64,000 bases of DNA, taken from the IMG/VR virus record IMGVR_UViG_3300046463_000164. The stretch is one strand, 5' to 3'. The notes below the pieces were generated by a model. That model made no database searches. It saw only the letters and a program-made list of their open reading frames with translations, and was not told the DNA's origin. Positions within the stretch are counted from its first letter, which is position 1; the number at the start of each line of letters is the position of its first letter. The position numbers and the translations under genes were made by a program. This DNA comes from a virus. Shown piece after piece: positions 43,985 through 53,280 of this stretch.

Positions 43985-44074
43985 TGGTGGAGGCGACGGG
44001 ACTTTAACCCGCACCCGGTCGTCCAAACGGACCGTGCATCATCACGTGGGTTGGCCCACCAATACTACGCCCCC
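43985..44074 (-). tRNA. Atypical tRNA-like RNA with alanine acceptor identity (G3-U70, A73, encoded CCA) and no canonical anticodon arm
   Basis: GGGGGCG...GCGGG-TTAAAGT-CCCGT-CGCCTCC-ACCA; 90 nt. Confidence 0.7.
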
Positions 44075-44081
44075 AATGACC

Positions 44082-44465
44082 TTACAGCGCTTTCCAAAGC
44101 ATAGCGATGAGAGAGCACAGACCATCCAAGAAGGATATCAGGCCGCTCTTGAAAGCATCGCCTTGAGCCGGGAAGTGCTTCTGGAACACTTCGCAGACTT
44201 TGAGCAGCAGATACGCCCCAGCAAATATCAGCAGATACGTCTTAATACTTCCGCCACTGTCCGAGTCGTCAGAACTGCTCGAATGAGCACTTGAACCGCT
44301 AGGATAATCGAAACTACCCGGCTCCAACCCTCGCTGGCGATAGAGCATGTCAATCTCAACCGCCTTCCAGTTATCGGTATTGTTGCTTGCGAGGATTTCT
44401 TGTTCGCGGCGCTTGATTTCGATTTGTTCTGGACGGCTCAACTTTCCATTGACGATCATGCTCAT
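44082..44465 (-). CDS. Membrane-associated hypothetical protein
   Basis: C-terminal hydrophobic helices; behind early promoter. Confidence 0.6.
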   Translation of the reverse strand: MSMIVNGKLSRPEQIEIKRREQEILASNNTDNWKAVEIDMLYRQRGLEPGSFDYPSGSSAHSSSSDDSDSGGSIKTYLLIFAGAYLLLKVCEVFQKHFPAQGDAFKSGLISFLDGLCSLIAMLWKAL

Positions 44466-44521
44466 GATATATCCCCTTGAAGGAGTTAGGTTTAGTCTGC
44501 TTTCGCTCGACCTTTATACAT

Positions 44522-44550
44522 ATTATAACCGATAACACATACCCAGTAAA
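44522..44550 (-). promoter_or_regulatory. Early promoter
   Basis: TTTACT-N17-TATAAT. Confidence 0.75.
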
Positions 44551-44575
44551 GAGGTTTATATGGAATTCATAAAAT

Positions 44576-44604
44576 AAAAAATGGGAGCCGAAGCTCCCAT
44601 TTTT
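44576..44604. terminator. Terminator
   Basis: AAAAATGGGAGC-CGAA-GCTCCCATTTTT. Confidence 0.85.
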
Positions 44605-44605
44605 G

Positions 44606-45331
44606 TTATGATGTCATCCAGCCTTGGATAGCACGCTTGATCGAAGTTGCGCCGCGTCCAGCAACCCTGTGGTATCTCTCCCATCCTGGAGTTCTCTTCA
44701 GAACGGTCTCAGCGTTGTGAGACATCTTCTGAGTCATACCAAAGATAGCGTCACAGGTTGAAATAGCCTTCACTTCGTCCGTTTTCTTGCCGTCTTCAAC
44801 GAACTTGAATTCGAACTGAGGGAATTGCATTTCCAACTCGTTGCCTTGTATCGGTAGCATTCCGATCACACCCACCTTGGTCTTGCGAGGCGTCGTTCCC
44901 CGATGATGCGAAACAACCGCATCGGATGGGGACTTATCGGTGTGACCCATCGCAAGCTGAATATATTCATCCAGCATAGGTTTGAGATGCTCGAAAACTT
45001 CCTTAGCCATCAATTCAGCCAAGGGAGCCAACACGCTTTTGACGTCGTTTTTCTGACTTAGCTCTTGCTGCTTTTGAGCTTCATCGTGAGATCGACGGTC
45101 ATAAGACTTGATGATGATCTTGAGGTTGGCCAATAATGTCGGCCGAGTCTGTGTCATGTTCATCGACACTCGCCAACGATCTGGCGACAAGGCTTTCTTC
45201 ATTGCGGCGAAGACATCATAATCCTTGATGCCCATGAGGGTACTTGATCGACATTCAATGGGGTGATTTTGGAAAAGCTGTTCACAAACTGCCATCCATT
45301 CATCATCTTTCCATTGGACACGAGTAGCCAT
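44606..45331 (-). CDS. Hypothetical protein with C-terminal DUF2325-like domain
   Basis: KVGVIG, CDAIFGMT.KMSH. Confidence 0.55.
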   Translation of the reverse strand: MATRVQWKDDEWMAVCEQLFQNHPIECRSSTLMGIKDYDVFAAMKKALSPDRWRVSMNMTQTRPTLLANLKIIIKSYDRRSHDEAQKQQELSQKNDVKSVLAPLAELMAKEVFEHLKPMLDEYIQLAMGHTDKSPSDAVVSHHRGTTPRKTKVGVIGMLPIQGNELEMQFPQFEFKFVEDGKKTDEVKAISTCDAIFGMTQKMSHNAETVLKRTPGWERYHRVAGRGATSIKRAIQGWMTS

Positions 45332-45400
45332 TGTTAGCCTCTATCTAGGGATTGTTAAAGATCGTACTACAGCCCCACTTTCCGTGAAGTGGTTAGTATT

Positions 45401-45429
45401 ATTATATCCTGAACTCTGAAGGAAGTAAA
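45401..45429 (-). promoter_or_regulatory. Early promoter
   Basis: TTTACT-N17-TATAAT. Confidence 0.75.
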
Positions 45430-45488
45430 GACTTTACTTATTACGTAAAACCTAATATCCCAAACCGCCATCAGCAGGTCAGTTGTTC

Positions 45489-45495
45489 CTAAATA
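45489..45495 (+). promoter_or_regulatory. Late promoter CTAAATA for the endonuclease
   Basis: Motif 30 nt upstream of ATG 45525. Confidence 0.5.
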
Positions 45496-45524
45496 GATAC
45501 AACACAAATCTATTTGGAGCAAGC

Positions 45525-46325
45525 ATGGACAGAACGCCTTACACTTATCTGATCGGTTGGTCGCATTTGAATCTTTGGTATTATGGGGTTAAGTACGCCG
45601 TGGGTTGTCACCCAGATCAGCTTTGGGTATCATATTTCACTAGCTCAAAATATGTTGCTGAAACCAGGGCTGAACACGGAGAACCTGACATTGTTGAAAT
45701 CCGTAAAGTATTTGATGATACCAAGTCAGCTAGATATTGGGAGAATACGGTTCTAAGGCGTTTGAAGGTAGTATATGACGATAAGTGGCTAAACAAGACA
45801 GACAATAAATCCATATCGCCTGAATGCTGTAGTCATCAAAAATGTCTTGGTCTTAAACGTTCCGAAGAATCAAGAGCTAAGATGAGAAAATCTTGGGAGA
45901 CTAGAGACCCAATTTCTGAAGATACGAGAGAGAAGTTAAGAGTTGCTGCTACATCTAAGCGCCATTCAGAAGAATCAAAAAAGAAAATTAGTGAAGGCAA
46001 TAAAGGCAAAACTCTAACCGAAGAACATAAAGATAAGGTTAGACAAGCTAGAATTGGGTCAAAGGCTAGTGATGAGACCAGAATAAAGATGTCTGAATCG
46101 GCAACAGGTAGAAAGATGTCAGCCGAATCTATTGAGAAAACTGCTGCTGCCCATAGAGGAAAATCTAAACCTAGCGAGAAAATCAAAGATCATGCTAGAA
46201 GGCTAGGTCAAATCAAAATGACGTGCCCTCATTGCAATAAAGAAGGATCAATGGCCAACATGAAACGTTGGCACTTCGATAATTGTAAATCTAAACCTTC
46301 TGATCTATTTGAACTGTTCGAATAA
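45525..46325 (+). mobile_element. Free-standing GIY-YIG-like homing endonuclease with NUMOD3 repeats
   Basis: PYTYLI...YYGV, YFTSS, WE, LN catalytic domain; repeated HSEESKKKIS-type motifs; CPHC; AT-richer and inverted relative to neighbours. Confidence 0.85.
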
Positions 46326-46697
46326 GTTGTTGGGTTCAACGTAAGTATATGGGTTATATACGAACACGGGTTTATTCAAGCTTTTCATAAACTTGATCAT
46401 ATGCTTCGTACCTCCCGATACTCCGTCATGTATCGCGCATAGGGCGTCCGCGTATCGACCCATTTCCTCATTACGCTCGAAACCCGCCAACTTGTTATAT
46501 ACACCTAGCGGATACCAATTAGGTCGGAAAGACTTAATGGCGATATTGTTTTGTCTAGCCCAAACCTTGCCTAATGTATCCACCCCTGTCGCTTCACCGC
46601 AGACCACTTCAGAAATAACAAAGCCCGCGAGAGAAATCCCAGTTTCAACATGTTTCATTTCTATAATTGATCTACTGCCCGCAATAATCACTTTCAT
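46305..46697 (-). CDS. DUF2493/YspA SLOG-family protein
   Basis: MKVIIAGSR, VVCGEA.GVD.LG..WA, AG..RN.EM..YADAL, DG.S.GT.HM. Confidence 0.88.
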   Translation of the reverse strand: MKVIIAGSRSIIEMKHVETGISLAGFVISEVVCGEATGVDTLGKVWARQNNIAIKSFRPNWYPLGVYNKLAGFERNEEMGRYADALCAIHDGVSGGTKHMIKFMKSLNKPVFVYNPYTYVEPNNLFEQFK

Positions 46698-46772
46698 CCA
46701 ATAGTTCCTTTCCTTTAGTTCGACGCTTTGAAGGGTGTTCGCTATATTGGCAATTCCGCCAAAGAAGCTAGA

Positions 46773-48179
46773 TCAATTCGTCTTGCCGTAAATGGCTCCC
46801 AGACTAATAGCAGCTTGTTCGATTTGTTGGATATTAACTAATGTATCCGCTTCATTCTTGTCTAGACGAATCTCAATAAATCGCGGCAGGAACAAGCTGA
46901 AGAATCCCCCGCCTTCGGGTGGCGGCGTAATACCGTTAGCCTTTACTGTAATAATCCCATCAAGCAACTGATCGCGATGCTGATGCATCCACAAGCGATC
47001 CTTGTCCTTAATACCTGAGACGCTTGCTTTCAACTTACCGCATTCACTTTCGGTTTCGATTGAACCAAACGTCTTAGCGTTCTTAGACTTAGGATCAGCG
47101 GCCTTGAAGCCCTTGATCCTCAGCTCGACCTGAATCTCCAACTTTAGTTTGATCTTGTGGACAGCGCTGTCGCTATCTTCCCAGATGCCATACGGGTCGC
47201 AGATAACCGTGCCTTCCAACCCGCGAGCCATTGCCTCTGCCGCGTGTGCGTAGGCTTCCTGAAGAGAATAGACCATCTTGTGTTCGATCACCCGGATAGC
47301 CGAATCTTCAGAGATACCCGCCAGAAGCGCCTTCAGACGTTCAACGCGAACCTTGTACGGCTCATTGAACTTATTCTTCGGCTTCGCTTCGCAAATCGGG
47401 ATCATGTCCCAAACGTCATAGACCGGAGTGTGTCCCGGCGGCAATTCGCCTTCCTGAAGCAGCGCGTTGAACAAGCCGTTCCCTTCAGCGCGGGACATGA
47501 TCTTGCCGTCTTTCAGCATCAGAAGCTCGCCGTGGGCCTGATACCCTTCGGGGATAAGCGCGCGAACGGCAGACACGACCTCTCCGAAGTATTCTAGAGG
47601 CATCGGTGAGCCTGACCGGCTTTCGATCGATACCGACCCACTACCCTGGTGATGTGAGACGTTAGCGAACTGCCCGTCAGCCTTGATCTCAGAGTAGACG
47701 CCTTCTTCCCAGGCCCAGGTAGAAAGATCCACCTTGTTGGCCAGATTACAACGCATGTACGGAACGTCCGTCACCAGACCGGGCCAAGCCTTGTTGATGG
47801 TACCTTTCGAGATACCGGCCTGGACATCGCGTTGGATCAGAAGCTGGAGCAACTCCTTGCTCCAGTCGCTGGTGAAGTTGTTATAGACACCGGACAACCA
47901 ACTGCGGGCTTCGTTGCCAGTCTTTTCCCGTTTGGCGAGAGTCGCGTAAACAACATCAAGATCGTTGCGTTCAAAGTCGCACTCAACGAATCCGCCGAAG
48001 ATACCCGGAGACATCTTGGGATCGACCTTGCTGATGTAGAAGTTCACGCGGGGTTCGTAGGTCAACCGCAGAAACTCCTTCAGGTCATCGTTGTCGCGGT
48101 TGGCCGTCAGAATTGCCAACTTCTCCTTGGAACTGGAGGTGGCCCGTAGCTGTTCGATAACATCAAATACTTTTTTCAT
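46773..48179 (-). CDS. 30: ATP-dependent DNA ligase (gp30-like)
   Basis: EIKADG (KxDG), SRSG, HGEL, VWD, GLEG, KLK, SLFLPRF..IR.DK. Confidence 0.95.
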   Translation of the reverse strand: MKKVFDVIEQLRATSSSKEKLAILTANRDNDDLKEFLRLTYEPRVNFYISKVDPKMSPGIFGGFVECDFERNDLDVVYATLAKREKTGNEARSWLSGVYNNFTSDWSKELLQLLIQRDVQAGISKGTINKAWPGLVTDVPYMRCNLANKVDLSTWAWEEGVYSEIKADGQFANVSHHQGSGSVSIESRSGSPMPLEYFGEVVSAVRALIPEGYQAHGELLMLKDGKIMSRAEGNGLFNALLQEGELPPGHTPVYDVWDMIPICEAKPKNKFNEPYKVRVERLKALLAGISEDSAIRVIEHKMVYSLQEAYAHAAEAMARGLEGTVICDPYGIWEDSDSAVHKIKLKLEIQVELRIKGFKAADPKSKNAKTFGSIETESECGKLKASVSGIKDKDRLWMHQHRDQLLDGIITVKANGITPPPEGGGFFSLFLPRFIEIRLDKNEADTLVNIQQIEQAAISLGAIYGKTN

Positions 48180-48181
48180 AA

Positions 48182-48358
48182 TTAAAAACTCTCGTTGAAA
48201 TTCAGGGCCAACGCCTTCTGATCGCGTTGATCTTCGTTGATCGCCTTGATTGCTCTTACGGCATCGATACGGTCGGTAAAATCAATCACCATTGTATTGA
48301 TATCGACATGATTGGTGCTGCGCGATGCAACCGTGGTGATCAAAACCTTGTAAATCAT
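48182..48358 (-). CDS. Small hypothetical protein (58 aa, below track cutoff)
   Basis: MIYKVLITTV...FNESF exactly fills the gap between neighbours. Confidence 0.5.
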   Translation of the reverse strand: MIYKVLITTVASRSTNHVDINTMVIDFTDRIDAVRAIKAINEDQRDQKALALNFNESF

Positions 48359-48360
48359 GA

Positions 48361-48591
48361 TCAGTCAGCCTTATGGAGTGTGTGGATTGCCCGGACAAGC
48401 TCGACAAACTCTTTCTTCTTCAGTTGTCGAAACCGGTTATAGAGTTCAAACGCTTCGATCCCAATGAACCATTTGGAATTGGAGCCATACCGGCTGTGCT
48501 CTCGTACCCAGATATAGAAATCTGTGGGTTCGCCAATGACGGCATAGTGACAAGGCGTCTTATAACTTCCTACCTCTAACATCGTAGCCAT
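48361..48591 (-). CDS. Hypothetical protein
   Basis: ORF with GAGG RBS. Confidence 0.5.
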   Translation of the reverse strand: MATMLEVGSYKTPCHYAVIGEPTDFYIWVREHSRYGSNSKWFIGIEAFELYNRFRQLKKKEFVELVRAIHTLHKAD

Positions 48592-48627
48592 ATTATACCT
48601 CGCTATATGTAAAAAGGAAAGATTATT

Positions 48628-49011
48628 TTATGGCTGAAGCAGGGCGGGTCTTGGTCGCGTAGAGTCCGCAATGAGCCGCGCCTCCCAATCATCATTCCAC
48701 TCTTGTAAGGCTTGATGGAAGTTAGCCATAGCCTTATCGCGCCGGTAATTATCCCCAAACACCATTGAGCCTGAGCGTTCTGCGCGTTCTTCGTTAGACG
48801 CGCCCCAGAGCCAAATTCTTTCGGATTGGATATCCATCACCGAACGGGAGATAACCTCATAACCGTTGGTAGCTCTGAACGTGTGATAATCGCCGTCATC
48901 ATCACCATCCCAAATGGTCATTTCGTTTTGCATAAGGATATCGAACGTCAGACGTTTTGTCGTCGGTATCAATACATAGTGTATCAGATCAAGCTTTATT
49001 ATTTCATTCAT
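48628..49011 (-). CDS. Hypothetical protein
   Basis: 127-aa ORF. Confidence 0.6.
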   Translation of the reverse strand: MNEIIKLDLIHYVLIPTTKRLTFDILMQNEMTIWDGDDDGDYHTFRATNGYEVISRSVMDIQSERIWLWGASNEERAERSGSMVFGDNYRRDKAMANFHQALQEWNDDWEARLIADSTRPRPALLQP

Positions 49012-49024
49012 ATGTAAGTTAGAT

Positions 49025-49233
49025 CAAAGAAAGAGCCTCCAAGAATCTGGAGGCTCAAAGGCGTTTAACACTCGCTTAATGCCAAACGCTATCCCAGAGG
49101 ATGAGATTCACAACGTGCCGCAATAGTAGCCCGTAGGTGTGGTGAGTTTTAAGCGGGGTTCGTAAGCCTAGGTAAGGAACTGACCGGGGCAGCTCATCCT
49201 AAGCCACAGGAACCCGCTTAAAACTCAGGAGAC
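49025..49233 (-). ncRNA. Putative structured non-coding RNA (~210 nt)
   Basis: Own promoter (49240-49269), four hairpins with G-U pairs on the minus strand, terminator 49033-49056, no ORF of 60 aa or more. Confidence 0.6.
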
Positions 49234-49239
49234 AGAGCT

Positions 49240-49269
49240 ATTATAACCTAAAGAATTCTCCGGAGTCTA
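49240..49269 (-). promoter_or_regulatory. Early promoter
   Basis: TAGACT-N18-TATAAT. Confidence 0.55.
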
Positions 49270-49276
49270 GCCCTAA

Positions 49277-49816
49277 TCAGAACCAGTGCGGTATAGGCGT
49301 ATCTGTCCAAGTAGCAATGCTTCTCTTACCTTTCGAGTAGTAGTTGCGGTAAGAACGCACTACGTCACCGGGAACCTTGTACTCATCAGGCATACAAAGC
49401 GGCGGCATTGTAAAGCCAATATCTTTCTGATTAGAAGGTGCCTGAGATAACACCGCAGACAATCTACAAATTGTCTCGTGATCCCTCTCCTTTCGGTATC
49501 GCCTCACGAACTCATTGTTGAGTTCTAACATTAGCTCGTAGAGCCAATAGTAATTCTGAGCCGATTCTCTAACCCAGACAGCACAACCGTGATTCACATG
49601 GGTTGAGGTATAGAGGGTTTGGTCCAGCGATCTATCGGAATGCACAAACAACTTTCTCTGTCGCCCGTTGATTACTAAACTCTGCTCCTTACCATCCAAT
49701 ACCCGATGTGCGGTACACAATAATTGGGCCGACTCCAATATCATTTTTATAGTGTGTTTGTCGCAATGATATTCAGCCGCCCTAATAGGACTTTCGTCCA
49801 AAATGAATACGTTCAT
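49277..49816 (-). CDS. Pyrimidine-dimer DNA glycosylase/endonuclease V-like family protein
   Basis: MN.F.LD..P..AA..HCDKH..KMILESAQLL, H.NH.C..W, E...RY, MP.EY, V.SYR.YY. Confidence 0.8.
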   Translation of the reverse strand: MNVFILDESPIRAAEYHCDKHTIKMILESAQLLCTAHRVLDGKEQSLVINGRQRKLFVHSDRSLDQTLYTSTHVNHGCAVWVRESAQNYYWLYELMLELNNEFVRRYRKERDHETICRLSAVLSQAPSNQKDIGFTMPPLCMPDEYKVPGDVVRSYRNYYSKGKRSIATWTDTPIPHWF

Positions 49817-50166
49817 TGTAGATCATATACCTCTACGATTTGGCCGGTCTGGTTCACCACAATATAGAAGTGCGAGGCAAAAACCTGCTTACCGCTTGTG
49901 GTCTCAACCATCATATCCACCTGTATTGCTTTTACCTGCCAGCCTTTATATTCTAACCAATCCGATCTGAGCCGGAACGTCGCGTCAATGATCAACTCAC
50001 ACTTTCTATAAGTCGGATTATGACGGACGTAACTAATAACAACTCCAATGCGTCTCAGTATTTCCTTGAATACACCACGATTACTACATTTGCGGATTAT
50101 CTCAATTGTCCTGTCGCTATCCATCACATCGGCAGTACCTACCATATCCCAAAAGCTAGTCATCAA
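49813..50166 (-). CDS. Hypothetical protein
   Basis: ATGA overlap with next gene. Confidence 0.55.
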   Translation of the reverse strand: MMTSFWDMVGTADVMDSDRTIEIIRKCSNRGVFKEILRRIGVVISYVRHNPTYRKCELIIDATFRLRSDWLEYKGWQVKAIQVDMMVETTSGKQVFASHFYIVVNQTGQIVEVYDLQ

Positions 50167-50257
50167 GTGGTCCTCAGTTGGAATAAAAAGAAGGGGAGAC
50201 AGCGCCGGGTCAACGCTGAATCCCCTATGAATGGCCGCCTAACGAAGCTGCCGCAAA

Positions 50258-50533
50258 TTATTTGATCGCTCGCAAAATCTTCTTAACTGCCCGGGCTTCC
50301 GGTCCCTTCCAATGACCCAGATTCATGAGCAGATACGTGATATTCGTTTTGATACCCTCGATCCCAAACTCTTGATAGGCGCGCATCATACCGTGAGCAT
50401 AGGACTTGGCGTAATGATCAACCCACGAGTTTCTCATGGCCAACCTCAACGCCTCTATTTGTGCCTCAGTGAAGCCCGATTCCCCGAGAGCCTTACTGAG
50501 CCAAAGCGGCATTTCGATACCTTCCATTTCCAA
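50258..50533 (-). CDS. Hypothetical protein
   Basis: YAKSY...YLL.NL.HWKG.EAR.VK small phage family. Confidence 0.6.
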   Translation of the reverse strand: MEMEGIEMPLWLSKALGESGFTEAQIEALRLAMRNSWVDHYAKSYAHGMMRAYQEFGIEGIKTNITYLLMNLGHWKGPEARAVKKILRAIK

Positions 50534-50712
50534 CTCCCTGATTGCCTGCCGCCTTCAGTCCTATTATACCTAAAGGCGGCTTTAGCGTCTATACTTCCGA
50601 GAGAATTTCTTCCCTCTCCTTGTCCTTACGGCGCTTTCCGGTTTCCCGTTTATCGCTCTTGTGCTTCTCAGGTTTGACCCTCGCTAGAATCTCGAAAAGC
50701 TCGTTGCGAGGC

Positions 50713-50949
50713 TTACTTGGTTTCTTCTTGTTCTTTCCCACTCTCAGTCCCCACATAATTACGTTCAACACAAAACATTCCCGCCTCGGTATTGGCTTCC
50801 ATCACTTTCAGCATAAACTCGGCAGGAACCGATCTTGGCGCAACCCGTTTCACCCGATAGATGCCGTCACGTTGGTAAATCTTCGGCTTCAGTTCCATCG
50901 GAATCTTTTTCTTTTCCAATCTCGGAAAGCGTAGGACTGACATAATCAA
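50713..50949 (-). CDS. Hypothetical protein
   Basis: ORF in array. Confidence 0.45.
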   Translation of the reverse strand: MIMSVLRFPRLEKKKIPMELKPKIYQRDGIYRVKRVAPRSVPAEFMLKVMEANTEAGMFCVERNYVGTESGKEQEETK

Positions 50950-51275
50950 TCTCCAAATAGTTTCGCAATAACGAAAGGTTCAGCCTGGTCGAACAACTGG
51001 ATACAACCGGTCTGAATGACGTGATAATCTTCACTCTCATAGAACCAAGTGTAGTTATCACCACCGTAGTTCATCCCGAACTTACCAAAAGGTTTGTCGT
51101 CCCGGTCGTAACACTTACCAGACGAATCGACCTTCATCAGGATATTGTCTTCCAAATCCCGATAGATGGCGGTGTCCGTGGACAAATCCATTTGTTGCAC
51201 GAAGCGGAAATTACCTTTCTTGATATACTTGGTATACATATTAATTTGTTTTGGTGTAGTTGGGATCGGGCTCAT
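50946..51275 (-). CDS. Hypothetical protein
   Basis: ORF in array; start may be at MYTKY. Confidence 0.55.
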   Translation of the reverse strand: MSPIPTTPKQINMYTKYIKKGNFRFVQQMDLSTDTAIYRDLEDNILMKVDSSGKCYDRDDKPFGKFGMNYGGDNYTWFYESEDYHVIQTGCIQLFDQAEPFVIAKLFGD

Positions 51276-51453
51276 GAAGACGAGAGCCTAGCATTGGATC
51301 AATCCAGCAATATTGCGGTAAGACTTTATGAATGCTGTCATACCAATGCGTTCCGTCAGTCTGCTCAATAAATCTACCACAAAAGACGCAGTGCGACGTT
51401 GGCGCTTTATCTTTAACCATATCTTCTCCAAATGGCCGAAGCCCTGTTATCAA
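51241..51453 (-). CDS. Small CxxC-containing protein
   Basis: CVFCG...C...H. Confidence 0.45.
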   Translation of the reverse strand: MITGLRPFGEDMVKDKAPTSHCVFCGRFIEQTDGTHWYDSIHKVLPQYCWIDPMLGSRLHEPDPNYTKTN

Positions 51454-52613
51454 AATACGCTACAGCGCGTAATAACGGTTTGCTTAATACCATGGAACTC
51501 GTCATGCTTCTTGACGGTTCCTCGCAGATTCAGAACCTTACCGGGCTCACCCACATTCCGGCTTGCGAACCAGGTGTAGTGATTACCAAACTCGTCCACC
51601 AAACCGAAGATGTAAGTTGCGCCCCAGGTGCCTTCAGACACGCTTCTACGGGTGATCTTAAGCCCTTTGATGCTTAGCCGTTCTCCTACTACGCCGACCC
51701 AGTCACCAGCCTTGCCTGAGGCTGCTACGCGCTTCTCTTCACCATCCTTCATCCATACATTAACCGCCGCAGCAACGTAGCCGTACAACTTATGGCGGAT
51801 GACTTCCGATTGCAGGGCCAACTGGACGTTGTGGATGAAGTCGTTGCCGGTCGCATCCTTAGCAAGCATATGCTCCTTGAAGCCTTTCAATTCATCTTCC
51901 AAGTCTTGGACAAGAACATCCTTGTACAACTCTTCACGACGCTTACGCGACGGATTGATGTCGTGGGAAGTCGGTTCAATACCCCGCTCTTCAGCTTTCG
52001 CCTTAGAGACAAACCCATGCTTCTTGATCGAAACATAGGCGTCCATAATCGCTTCGTCAAGATAGTACGCCCACGCGGCACGCGGCACATCCATGTCCCA
52101 ACCTTCGTCGTCGTTGACCGACCCCAGGTTGTTCATGTAGGCGATCAGGTCTTCAACGTTGACCGTAGGCAAGAAGTCCTTCAGGCAAGTCGCGCCGACC
52201 ATCATTTGGCGACCATCCTCGTGCTGGATCAAGTAAGCCGTTTTCTTCAGGCGCTTGGTCTGGCAGTGATCGCAGAACATCGGGCAAGTACGCAGACGCG
52301 GGATGGGTGCGTGATTGGCGGTTGTGAAGACAAAGTTCTGACCCTTGACGTCGCTGGGCTGGATCTTGGAGTGAATCGACCAACCGCCCAAGCGAGGGAC
52401 TTCACCTTGAATCTCTACGCGAACCGCCTCAACCTGTATCGACTTGAGAACCGGATTACCAAACTGATCCTCGCCATCCGGCACGCGACGCGTATCCAAG
52501 AACCTTTCGGTGACTTGGTACTTGATCTCAGGCAACTCCCAGCGGACCGCTTTTTTGTTGAACTTGGCGATCTTTGCTTCAAACTCCGGGAGGCGATACG
52601 CGAGAATTTTCAT
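51450..52613 (-). CDS. Hypothetical protein with Zn motif and C-terminal OB-fold
   Basis: CDHC..R, VG.TCL.DF; VG.VGER, WFAS, GTVKKH.EF.G.KQTVITR. Confidence 0.7.
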   Translation of the reverse strand: MKILAYRLPEFEAKIAKFNKKAVRWELPEIKYQVTERFLDTRRVPDGEDQFGNPVLKSIQVEAVRVEIQGEVPRLGGWSIHSKIQPSDVKGQNFVFTTANHAPIPRLRTCPMFCDHCQTKRLKKTAYLIQHEDGRQMMVGATCLKDFLPTVNVEDLIAYMNNLGSVNDDEGWDMDVPRAAWAYYLDEAIMDAYVSIKKHGFVSKAKAEERGIEPTSHDINPSRKRREELYKDVLVQDLEDELKGFKEHMLAKDATGNDFIHNVQLALQSEVIRHKLYGYVAAAVNVWMKDGEEKRVAASGKAGDWVGVVGERLSIKGLKITRRSVSEGTWGATYIFGLVDEFGNHYTWFASRNVGEPGKVLNLRGTVKKHDEFHGIKQTVITRCSVF

Positions 52614-52655
52614 TTTAGCTCTTCAAAGAAGTTATCCGGCCTACATATGTAAATA

Positions 52656-52684
52656 ATTATAGTCGGTCCCTTCATAAAAGTAAA
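52656..52684 (-). promoter_or_regulatory. Early promoter
   Basis: TTTACT-N17-TATAAT. Confidence 0.8.
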
Positions 52685-52752
52685 GGTTTTTATGAATTAT
52701 TTCACCTAAAAATAAAGCCCGCGTATAGCGGGCTTGATCTTGTCTTCCATGG

Positions 52753-52941
52753 CTACTTGGCCGTTGGAGTTGTTTGAGGACACGGCGGTGCTTCAGGCCC
52801 GGTGGTCTCGCAGGCCCGTAAGACAACTTGTCCGCCAGCGGTAGCATTGGGCTTCATAACTGCCCCACCGCTGCCGTCGTCACCGCCTCCACCGCAAGCG
52901 GCAAGTAAGACGGCGAGAAAGATTGTGATGATAGTTTTCAT
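52753..52941 (-). CDS. Putative lipoprotein
   Basis: LLAACGGGGDD lipobox. Confidence 0.65.
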   Translation of the reverse strand: MKTIITIFLAVLLAACGGGGDDGSGGAVMKPNATAGGQVVLRACETTGPEAPPCPQTTPTAK

Positions 52942-52953
52942 CGCGGCCCCAAC

Positions 52954-53241
52954 TTAGTGGTTGGAACCGTGACCGCCGTTGCCAGCGCCGCGACCACCCG
53001 AAGAACCACCGCAATTGCAACCGGCCATTGCCGCGCTGTGACCGTGATTGGCCGTAGCCTTTGCACCACCGACGCCAGCGGACGAAGTTGCCGCGCCTTC
53101 GCCACGACCGCCTTGTCCATACGTTTCTTCAGGACTCCAAACGCTGTGGTAGTTAGCGTTGATGTGTTCCGTGAACGAGGCGCAGCCCGAAGTTGCGATG
53201 GTGATGCCGACTGCTGCCAGAATTGCGATGATCTTCTTCAT
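52954..53241 (-). CDS. Putative Gly-rich lipoprotein
   Basis: MKKII...TSGC lipobox. Confidence 0.6.
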   Translation of the reverse strand: MKKIIAILAAVGITIATSGCASFTEHINANYHSVWSPEETYGQGGRGEGAATSSAGVGGAKATANHGHSAAMAGCNCGGSSGGRGAGNGGHGSNH

Positions 53242-53280
53242 GGTAAACCCCCCAGGTATGTACTACGTTTATATGTTATT

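Noticed and set aside
46299-46330. DLFELFE and NLFEQFK C-termini as further clamp-binding motifs
   Set aside because: Both arise in a tail-to-tail overlap of near-palindromic sequence and may be coincidental; also a caution that short LF..F motifs can arise by chance.
49143-49227. Hammerhead ribozyme or SRP RNA
   Set aside because: Has GGATGAG and CGAACC rather than CTGATGA and GAAA cores, and lacks the SRP domain IV motif; kept only as an unknown ncRNA.
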